This document shows positions 53,761-64,000 of a stretch of DNA of 64,000 nt, piece by piece. The notes beneath the pieces are model-generated. The model worked only from the letters and a program-made list of their open reading frames with translations, searched no databases and was not told the DNA's origin. The position numbers and the translations under genes were made by a program. This stretch comes from Nymphaea colorata (Eukaryota). Numbering within the stretch: the first letter of the stretch is position 1; every line of letters starts with the position of its first letter. The stretch spans positions 2,356,001 through 2,420,000 of the forward strand of contig NC_045138.2 of assembly GCF_008831285.2 (NCBI RefSeq). The letters are read 5' to 3'.

Positions 53761-54702
53761 GACCATGTTTTGAAATTTCGTGGGACCTATTTTTCCAACA
53801 TTTTATTTTATTTCTAGTCATTTTTCTATGTTTATAATATCCACCTTAACTTTGGTGGAACGTATAAAGAGTACGATAACAAAAATATTGTGTTTATTAT
53901 GTTTCAAATACACTGAATTGTTGTTTGAGATGTGATTACGACGGATATAAATTTTAAATCGAAATAATTAAATGGGGTAAGGCAAAAAGTTTTAGTGTCA
54001 TTAAATAATGCATTTAAAATACAACGTTTTGTTCTCACCAAATGCCCTATCAAATAATTGAATGGACTTTAAAATGAGTCTGTTCATTTCATTAGCTTCC
54101 CTCCCTCACTCACAAGTACTAGATTTAGAGTATAGAAAAGTTCTTAATGAAATTAGATATTATTCTTCATTGAAATCAGATATTAATGAGCATGTATATG
54201 TAAATTTTCACACATGGTACCAACAAAATGCAGATTTAACTATATATATATATATATAAAATTTTATTATTTAAAAAAAATCAGAAAAAAGTTTCGTTCT
54301 ATCGTTTCTACAAGTTCATGTTTATTTATCATTATATTTATTGTCAAGTAATTCATTTATATTATTTATTTGTTCTATGTAGAAATAGCCTTTGGTGTTC
54401 TAGCTGATGCTCTTCTTCGTGCCTTCCTCCTCCCGGCTGGTCGCCCACTGCACCGGGGCTCTCTCTCTCTCTCTCTCTATACTCTCCTCGATGTGCACGG
54501 ATCGAACCCCTGATTGAGCCTTCCACGCTCCTCGTCCGCCAATTCACCGTCGTCTGCAGGATGTGAATTTGCACGGAGAAAGCCCCCCTCCCCTCTTTTC
54601 TCATTCTGGCCGTTGTTTTGTCTTGCTTTCTCGGTCTTCCCTCCTTCTCTTTTGGGGATTTTCCGGCAATTTGTTCCCCCTCGTGCCCTCTCGCGCCCGA
54701 GC

Positions 54703-57700
54703 ATGAAGGACCCCTTGGATCGCACGAAGGTGGTGCTGAGGCATCTGCCGCCATCGATCTCGCAGGCCGTCCTTATGGAGCAAGTCGACGCCCGCTTCGC
54801 CGGACGGTACCGGTGGACCGCTTTCCGGCCTGGGAAAACGAGGTCGGCTTTCCTTGCTTCTCTCCCCATTTTCTCTATCTCCTCCTCCCTTGCGGCCATC
54901 GTTGTTGTCGTGGGCGTTCGTGTGATTGCTTTTGATGTTAATTTGCGCGGTCATGGGGTTTAGTAGTTTTAATTTCAACTGTTGGGTTTTCCTGCCCCCC
55001 CCCCCCTTTTTTTTTGTGGCTTGCTTCGTTGGGGGTTAGGGTTTGGTGCGCTTGGCGTGGGAGCCGTTCCTGTATGGAATGCTAATTCTCCGGTACTTCT
55101 GGATTGACGGGAAACGACGATTAGGGTTTAGCCATTGTCGTTCTGGAAGTTGTAATGCGCGATTGCTTTGGTTTTCCTTTTGGCACCATTTTCGATCCCT
55201 GCTTGTTGGTAGTAAAGTTTCAATTCGGATTTCTATCGCATCTTTTGTCTTCCTTACTTTTTGTGCTGCGTGCTCGGTAGAAGACCGACGCTTTACAACC
55301 AGCACCGTTATTTCATAATAATCATCATCGTCTTATTCTTCTTCTCATCTTTCTTGGTAATTTTTGGCCGGTTTTTACCATGCGGTGTTTCAGTTGGAAT
55401 GCCAAATAGTACGGACAGTTTAGTGGCAATGCAAGTTTTACCCGTAGTTCTTCTAACATGCACAGCGTAATGCTTGGATTTCCTTCGTTACGGTTTATAT
55501 AGAAACGGTAAGATCGGTCTCTTCACCTGAGTCCTTTCTCCTGATTTTAAACAGCAATTCCCGAGTGTCATGCTTCCGTTTTAGCTAATCATGTTCCATA
55601 TATGCTACATGTAGCGTTAATTTTTTAGACTGATGAAAATAGTCTTGTTTTCACTTGTGAAGAGTGTAAAGAGTCATTTCATAATTGCTTCATTGGCTTG
55701 AGTAGTGTTTGTGTGAAATAAACTTCCTTTTATTTTCTATGTAGCCATAAGAACATGCGCTATGCTCGAGCTTATATAGATTTCAAAAGGCCTGAGGATG
55801 TTCTCGAGTTTGCTGAGTTCTTTGATGGTCATGTTTTTGTCAATGAGAAAGGTGATTCCTCAAAATTAAACTTTTTTGTTTTGGTTTTAGTTATTGTATC
55901 TGTTATGTTGTTGTCACTTGTTTTTGTTGCTAGTCGAAGATTACTTCATGTGGTACAAGTTCAATCATCAACTATTCCCTTTCAGGTTCTCAATTTAAGA
56001 CCATTGTCGAATATGCACCTTCACAACGTGTCCCAAAGTCGTGGTCGAAGAAGGATGGTCGTGAAGGGACCATTCACAAAGGTATACCATGTGATATAAA
56101 TTATCATGATGCTTTGATGATGGAGGCAGGGAGGTTGTGTGTTCCATTGAACTTTATTCATCTGGGTCATCACATTCTTCTTTTGTAACTGCGTGCTTGT
56201 TTTGATGGACATTAGACTCCGAATATTTGGAGTTTCTGGAAATGCTTGCTAAGCCAGTGGAGAATCTTCCAAGTGCAGAGATACAATTGGAAAGAAGAGA
56301 AGCAGAACGTGCAAGTTAGTTATGACATGCTAAGAGTGTTTCTGATTTAATGTCTTTCCTTCTTTTGATCATGACATATGCTGTGAATTGTGCAGGTGCA
56401 CCAAAGGAAACAATCGTTATTACTCCCCTCATGGAGTTTGTTCGGCAGAAAAGAGCTACTAAAAATGGGTCTCAGGTAATGAAATTGTTAGCATGAGAGA
56501 TTTTTTGTTATATGAATTTTCTTGCTGTCCTCAAGGGAGTGCTGAAATCGTAATTGGCAAACCCGTGACTTAGATTCAGATCGACCGATGATTGGGTCAT
56601 CAGATCAAAGAGTTCAGTCGATGACTCGGCTGGTTTAGGTCATAAATTTTTAGAGTACATTTTTTCTATAAATAGATGAAGAAGGTAAGTCTGTTAGAAC
56701 TTCATGTTTGATTTTTTTGAGCGTCTAAAACTAAATAACGTGTAATATGAATATTTGTCTATACTTAGTAAAGTTTGTGATATTTCACAATTAAAAAATA
56801 ACAAAGCTTAGTATTTGGCACGGCAACACATGACAAAAAAGAACATTTAATTAGTTGACGATCTAGCTGACTCGGCACACCCTGACTTGTGACCCAATAA
56901 GTGGACGATCCTAGCTAACTCAGGTGACTCGCTACTCGGATCAATGAGTTTGCCAACTATAACTAGAATGAGGTCCAAAGTTCAATCCTGAAGGTGTGCA
57001 TCCTCTACATCAAAGTTGTAGTGATGGAGATGAATGAATCCCTTATCTATGTTGTCAAGGTGCCCAGGCTAGCGCGTAGGCGAGCTTAGGCAAAAAAGGC
57101 GACTATTTTTAATTTTTTTTTTTAGTTATGTTCGTACGTCAAGTTATTTTAATTAACTATTATTAATATTTGATATATGGAGAGTAGTAATATAACAAGC
57201 ATAATCAACTTAAACAATCAAAGATTAATTGTTGACTTCATTGAATATGCAAAATCAATGGAAGAAGTTTAACATTACTCATTAAATGCAATCTAATAGA
57301 AGGAAAAAAAAAAAAAAAAACTAAATCTAATCTCTAGAACAAGGAAAGTAAATCTGCAAGAAGTCTTTAATCCATCTGTACTTAAAGAAAGACATAATAT
57401 AGCAAATAAACTAAAGTACATGATAGTATACATATAAGTACACAACAGTAACATTACATTTAAGTAGATAACCGTACTAATGTACACATATAACAGGTAT
57501 CACAATACTACATATTATATAACGGGCTAAAAATATATACATATAATGATATAATAGGCTGATGCAACACTATATAACAGGTATAACAGACTGTACATAA
57601 CAGTATATACATATAACACATATTACAGTACATATAAGAGGAATGAGAAATTGTATCACAATACAACTTAACATGATAGTATATACATATAAGTTTATAA

Positions 57701-60700
57701 CAGGTATAACAACTTAACAATACATATAACTATATGATACAAGTACGTAGCATAACCATACTAATGTATACGTATAACAGGTATGAGGTATCACAATACT
57801 ATATAACAAACAAGTGTAGACTAACAGTATATACTATATACATATGACGATATACATATAACAGCGTGATTAACATAAAAGGATGTAATATTGTAATCAA
57901 TTCAAAATAAAGTGCATAACAATATATACTCAATTAAGAAACTTTAACTGAGAGGAAAGGTGACTTTTCACTTTTCCATGGACTAGGCGTGTTGTCGCCT
58001 AGGCGAGCCTAGGTGGTGGACTTAGACGGCAGGTGTGGACTCATGCTTAGGCCATGCCTAAGCGAGCCTTATCATGATAGATCCTTAGGCAGCCGGGGGA
58101 GGAACAACTGGACGTTTTGCACCAAGGGATGGTTGAATAAGGAGCTTGAAGAAGTATACCTATATAACAAGATGCTACTTGAACATTTATTTGGATAAAA
58201 AGGGCTTTAATTGATAAAGGGCCTGGGAAGGCAACCAGTTTTCCCTGCATTGGGTCCCATTGCCTGCACTTACTCAGATAAGAAGAGAAAATCAAACCAC
58301 ACCATCCCATGTGTGATTGAAGTTTGTCTCCAAAATAAGGTACAGGTGAGAAAAGTGTGGGTCCCACTCGTGTATCTTACACTTCTATCACCAGCGTGTT
58401 TTGATGTTTGTTGCATTCAGTGGTGGGAAAGTATTAAGAGTTTTCACTTTTCTCCCAGCTCAGCATTTTCCTGTCATTTTGAAACAAACAGACCCAAAAG
58501 GAGCATACTTTGCCGCAAGCTGCTATTTGAATGTCTATTTGGTAGGAGTATTTGGGAAACATGTTTCCTTCTCAAATGAAATAAAAGAAATTTTGATCCA
58601 TAGCAGAGTAGCTGTTACTTGGAGTGCTGTTTGGACATTCATATGGTAGGAGTTATTTGAGAACATCATCTTGGATTTTCTTTTGATTTTTCTGTAACTT
58701 GATATAGGCAAGAAGCTTGTTACTCCTTAGAAGGACCTGTCATTAGTCATTGCTTTTTCATTTCATGATGTCAACCATGTTCTCCCTTCTGGCTTTACCT
58801 GCTTGGTTTCATCATATATACTTATGTAGCTTATTGGGACTCTAATGTTTCTATATTGCTCTTTTGTTTTATTTGTACAAGATAAAATCTTTTTGTTTCC
58901 AAATATTTAAGCAATAGTTTATATGCTGGATTCCTTTATCTTTTCCATATCTGAAAATTTAAAGCCAGCTGCAATGATAATATTGCAGAGGACACCTTCT
59001 GGGAAGCTTAGCCGGCGAACTAGTGCTTCTGCTGCTGCTTCTGGATCTGCTTCTCATAAGAGAGGGCCTGAGAAACGAAAAATCTCTGCTTCTATGGTAT
59101 TTTATGCTATCTTAACTCTCTGTGTGCTGTGAAATTATTTACCATCCTTGATTAATAGTTTGCAAGTTTTTCTTTTATAAAGCTTCTTGCTGGGAAAGTC
59201 GAGGAAGTTCCATATGTAAGAGGGAAGGGAGATGGTTTTTTTTTTTAGGGTATCTCTTTCTCCCTCATTAAATGTCATATCGGCTGAGTGATTAATCAAG
59301 GTTTTCTTCAAGTTCCAATGACTACCTATCTATTGGACACTTACGTTACCTTGGACAGGGATTAAGGGTTATCGGAGCCTGCTAGGAGGGTTTTTGTTGG
59401 AAGTGTTGTAACTTGTAAGGGTGATCTGAGATTGTAGCTATTGTTAGTGCTTGGTGTTAGATACTTAGAACAGTGAACTTCCATCTAAAATTATTAATGT
59501 GAAGAAGCTTCTAGTGAATATCTCATTCATGGAGGAGCAGCATCTTGACAAGGCACAATATATGCTACCTTTGCACAGGAGCCAGCAGAAGCTATGAGCA
59601 TGCCTGTCAAATCGGCTTTTCCATAATGCTAATGCCACTAAAGAATGTCTAAATGGAAGCTAAATTGTCAATTAGGATGATATAGAAATGCTCACAATAT
59701 AGGCACAGTTCATGTCAAGGGTTCATCCACAGAATCACTATTGTTTTTTGAGAAAATCACTATTGTTTTTTGAGAAAATTCTTTGGGTTGGATCTTCAAA
59801 CCTGAGTTTTTTTCTATATCAGAGGACACGAAGAGAGAAAAGGACAATGCCAGCCATACTGTACTTGAATGAGATGCTATCTGCTGCTTTAGAGCATTAA
59901 TTTGAACATGGGGCAAACATTTTGGAGCACTTTCTAAATCTGTGGCTTTCTCGTTTGGACCTTTTGGAGAATTGAACTTGACTCGCCTCCTCTTGGACAT
60001 TAAATGCATTAGCAAATTAAGTTTCAGGTAGAATTTGAGAACTTGTGGTGCTGAGCACCAAGAAACTGTAAGTAGACCCCCTTGTTGGGGGTTCTTAGAA
60101 GATATATTTGCAGACCTAAAATGACTGTCAATTATATGTTGTTTGAGTTTGGTATGTAATGAAAAGAAAAAGCCAAGTTATGATGTATCGGCTTACTATG
60201 TTCAAAGCACAGTCGTGTAGAGATTGATCTTGGTATGGTTTTGATTCCTTATTAAACATCGGTAAAACCTTGATACTGAAAATAAAAGAAGAATATATTT
60301 ATGTGAGAAAAGATGGGTCAAACACCTTCAACCTATAACAAAATAAAAGTCTAAAATGGAAAATAATGTATACTGATTATAAAATATAACACTAATACAA
60401 ATAAAAAACTGACTGATATTCTCATGTTACTGTCATGATAAAACCACCGTAAAATTCGTTTTGCAAACGTCCTAAGGTCTTATTTTATATTTACAAGTAT
60501 TTTATGATGTTTAATCTTTCATATTGCAATATTTTTAAAATATGAACCTGTGACTTTGAGTTGAACAATTCAATGCCATGGGTCCTCGATAAGAATGGGC
60601 AATTGGGAGACTGCCACTACTTAGCAGGTAGAAGGATAATGCAACACTTTGGGGATGATGCTGAATATTGGAGAATCATGAGCAAATCTTGCTGAAGTAA

Positions 60701-61873
60701 AGAACTTCAAAGACCAAAATTTTGCAAGATTGTTTTATGCTGTCATCACATGATTAATATAGCCAAAGAGAAATGGTTCATTAGGTTCCTTGATAACAAA
60801 TGCAACATTGACTATGGGGATTTAGTTGGCATCAGTTAGGTTTTTGTTTTGGTGGAATTTATAGCTTTCATTCGGGACTTAACTGCAACTATCATGTTGA
60901 TGTTGTTGGCTGTAGGAAAAATTTGTAAGAAGTTTGGGAAGTAATGGTCGTTGTAGAAGAGAATTTATTATCTTGGTTCTCTCTCTCTCTCTCTTCTCCC
61001 CCCCCCCCCCCCCCCCAACATTGTTGGTTCACATGAGCCCCCAATTCTCTTTTTTGTGTAGCCTTCCTTTTATTAAACTATCTAGATTCTAGGCCCCTCA
61101 CCGTAAGTTACCTTGTATGAATACAACATGAGTCTGTATCCACCACCTAGAATGAGGCTCACGCTCACAGGAAGACTTGAAATTGTCCCAGGGTCTAAGT
61201 ATTCACTGCTGGAGATATTGAAGTTACCTGGATATTTGGCAAGGACTAATCACTAACTCTTAGCTACAAGTTGACAAGTTCTCTATCTTTGGTCAGATAA
61301 ACATCTTGAAGGAGGAAAGTGTGGTGTGATTTAATCAGCCTGACATTCTGTGGTATGCAATAGCATTTTAGCTTCTAATTTCTGACCTTCCTCGTCTGTT
61401 TGGCTTCGAAAGATAAACTTTCTTTTGTGTTCACCTTCGCTTGGTTTTCTATTTCCCCATTTTTGATTATCTCTGTTACTTTTGGGCATGCCTGATTGTC
61501 TGGGATTTCACTGTAGAGAGGGGATCAACATTCAAGTTTTTGAATTCCATTCCGGTTCCATCAAACTAAGGACCAAATATCTGACCTTTGCATCCGATTC
61601 CTGGATGAAATTTTCAGAATTCTCATCCCACCCCAGGCAGCGTGATGAGAATTCCAAAAACAATGTTTTGGCTGTTGGCTCGCTTCTCACTCCACCTTTT
61701 CGAGCAAGCGACGGCCTATGGACAGAGATAAACACAAAAGGGAGAAAGAATGGCCTTCCATGGGAAGGGATGCGACTGTCTTTCTCTCAATACAAGTTTT
61801 AACAAAGATGCAGACGGTTTCCTCAGAGACCCTCTGCATCGTTGTAGAGAGTTTCACAGAAACCCTCTTCTGG

Positions 61874-61921
<48 letters not shown>

Positions 61922-64000
61922 GAGAGAGAACTACTTGTGAAGAACTAACTACCGGAGCTCTGGCAAATGTCTGGCGAAGTATGGCGAGCAACCCATGGTT
62001 GCCAGTTGACAAAGGGAAGAAGAGAGGTGTGGACTGAAAAGAGGGAAGAAGAGGGTGAGAATAAACCCTCTGTGTGAACTGAACCTACTTTTTTACACTG
62101 TTTATATGAAATTTCCTTCAACCTAACAATTTACATGTATGGTCAAAATGGCTCGGCATCTTTTAACAAAATCACCTCGATGCCCCATGATTTTTGAAAA
62201 TTTTTTAAAATACTACTTAATTTCAAAGCATTCTGATTTTTATCCTTCCATGCCTATCAAACAGGGGATCTTGTTTCCAGGAATACAATTCCAAGTTTAG
62301 CAGACAGGAAGAGGTTTTAGAAATTAGGATTTTATCTCCATTCCACCAATTCCTGGAATGAATTCCTTGAAACTTCATTCCGATTCCCCAATTCCAGGGG
62401 ATCAAACTACACCTTTGTGAATATGGTGCCCCAGGAACAAGATTTCTTTGGCAACTGGTTCATATTCAGATCCTAAGGGAACCATTAATGTTTGTTTCAA
62501 TGCAGTATGTTTTGAGGGACAATACAAAGGTTTCAGCTGGCAAAACAAGTTATACAATAGTAGCAAGAAAAGATGAGAAGAAGACTTCAGACGACTCGGG
62601 TACTGTTCCAGTGCTTGGATCTGAAGTATTGGAAGACGAAAGTGGTATGCTTAAATGCTGACACTTGCTCGTTTCCTTCACATCATTGACTATTCACAAG
62701 TTTTAGGTTCAGTTTTCCTGATCAATCTACTGCTTTTGTAAAATTCATAATTTTATTTTCATGATGCTGTTTAGAGTTTATTATGTATATTTATAAAAAT
62801 TTTGAAAAATTTATGGCTTCGTTCTGCTGTCTGTTCACTAGCTTTATTATCTCCATGACATGGATATCCATTAACCATTTTCCTTTTGCTGTGGGCATCA
62901 AAATTTCTTGCTCATTGCTCCTCATGGGGTTCTTTTGTGAATTTTATCTTCCTCTATAATGTTCATATTGGCAACAAGAAACATGGCATTGCTTATGTAA
63001 TTCTTGTCAATGGCCAGATGGTTAGTTATTAAGTATGATCATGGTGATGTGGATGTCATGTAATCCATGTTTAGTACATTGTGATTGCATGTAAGTTATC
63101 CTTCCAAGCTGAATCTTTTGCAGAATGCGTAGGTATCATGCTGCTGAATTTTATCAATCTTGGTCATCCTTCGATGTATTCAGTGCTGGAAGTGGGATAG
63201 CTAGATTCCCCGTTGTTTTAGCCTTTTAGGTGACAAGCTGCAGAAGAATAGGGATAAGTCTTCCTGTTTGTGCTAAAACTTGTATGTGTTTTACACTGTT
63301 TATGCAAAATGAAATTGATAGTCAAATAGTCGTGGAAGCATCTTGAGCCAGGATTCATGTGTTCTATACCATTTGTTCAAGATGAAATTGAGATTATCAA
63401 ATAGTCGCAGAAGTATCTTGACCAAGGATTCTCCTTCTATGTGTTTATTTTGGTTGGCTTTTAATGATTCATTCTCTCAAGTAGCCAATTTAGATGTCAA
63501 GTGGGATTTGTTTTAGAAATCATCTTGACTGCCTTTAATATGTTCTCAAATTGTAGTTGCTTTCTTATGCGGTTTATGAAGTGACAGTGTCTTTGTTTAT
63601 GTTTCTTTCCTAATCTTTCTCAAACATCAATAATTGCAGGTGCATCTGGGCATGCAGAAACTGGGAAAAAGAAAGTTATACTTTTGAAGGGGAAAGAGAG
63701 AGAGGTTTCTTATGTTTATGTGCACTTTATCTTTCTTTTTTCTCCGGAAGGGTAAGGTAATTTGGTATTGTTAACTAAATGTATGTTTGCTATATTGCAG
63801 GTAACTTCAACATCTCCAGTAAAAAATTCATCTGGACCATCCTCTTTCAAACAGAATCATAGGCGTGAGATTAGTGGAAAGCTAATCAGAAGTATTCTTT
63901 CAAATAAGGAAGCACAGCAAAATCAACCACAACCTGCATCTATCCAGGTTGAGCAGCAGTTACAGGCATCACCGATAGAGAAGGACAAACGTCCACCGCG
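54703..64000 (+). CDS. UPF3: UPF3 (Smg-4/UPF3 family nonsense-mediated decay factor), 3'-partial; exons 54703-54842, 55745-55851, 55986-56081, 56216-56314, 56396-56475, 58989-59096, 62506-62644, 63640-63713, 63801->64000
   Basis: MKDPLDRTKVVLRHLPP, RAYIDFKRPEDVLEFAEFFDGHVFVNEKG, IVEYAPSQRVPK, DGREGTI, EYLEFLE, NLPSAEIQLERREAER, TPLMEFVRQKRA, KKKVILLKGKERE, GKLIRSIL, DKRPP. All splice phases are consistent. The exon 8 donor could be at 63704 or 63713 (same frame). Confidence 0.93.
56549..56961. mobile_element. hAT-like MITE (GACTC-rich family) in UPF3 intron 5; related copy at about 16520-16696
   Basis: Termini CGTAATTGGCAAAC / GTTTGCCAACTATA. The left ~80 bp match the reverse complement of 16610-16696. 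Confidence 0.65.
57047..58080. mobile_element. ~1-kb non-autonomous DNA transposon with GCCTAGGC subterminal repeats and an internal degenerate minisatellite, in UPF3 intron 5
   Basis: Clusters of GCCTAGGC/CGAGCYTAGG at both ends. Imperfect TIR CTATGTTGTCAAGG / CCTTATCATGATAG. TATAACAGGTAT-type repeats at 57420-57920. Confidence 0.6.
61875..61929. repeat. Compound (CA)n(GA)n microsatellite in UPF3 intron 6
   Basis: Direct read. Confidence 0.9.
62250..62413. mobile_element. Harbinger/Tourist-like MITE end (ATTCC-rich) in UPF3 intron 6
   Basis: Repeated ATTCC units ending in CAAACTACACCT. A complementary GGAAT-rich remnant lies at about 41250-41460. Confidence 0.4.

Noticed and set aside
54511..54520. 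TGATTGAGCC, the 5' half of miR171
   Set aside because: Only 10 nt match and there is no hairpin partner.
58200..58270. Weak resemblance to the Au SINE body on the - strand (AATGCAGGGAAA...CCTTCCC)
   Set aside because: No A/B boxes found and the match is too short to support a call.

Overview
Plant (angiosperm) nuclear genomic DNA. It is AT-rich and full of MITEs and microsatellites. Six protein-coding genes can be reconstructed by hand from GT-AG splice sites: (1) a BAM-family (BAM3-like) LRR-XI receptor kinase (- strand, 2901-7072, 2 exons); (2) about 20 kb away and divergently oriented, a CEPR2-like LRR-XI receptor kinase (+, 27700-30956, 2 exons) whose catalytic loop reads HGD instead of HRD; (3) a YTHDF/ECT-type m6A reader (-, 33861-38481, 9 coding exons); (4) an intronless secreted prolamin-like (EC1-type) small protein with only 4 cysteines (+, 42910-43275); (5) a STAR/Quaking-type KH RNA-binding gene (-, 45110-49688, 7 exons) with a 1-nt frameshift at the GPRG loop in this sequence; (6) the NMD factor UPF3 (+, from 54703, running off the window). 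Intergenic and intronic space holds several non-autonomous hAT-like MITE families (several with perfect 8-bp TSDs), tRNA-derived SINE-like heads, degraded LINE-like fragments and an old ~1.4-kb tandem duplication. No prokaryotic features, CRISPR arrays, rRNA or intact tRNA genes were seen. Family assignments come from motif recognition, not database searches.
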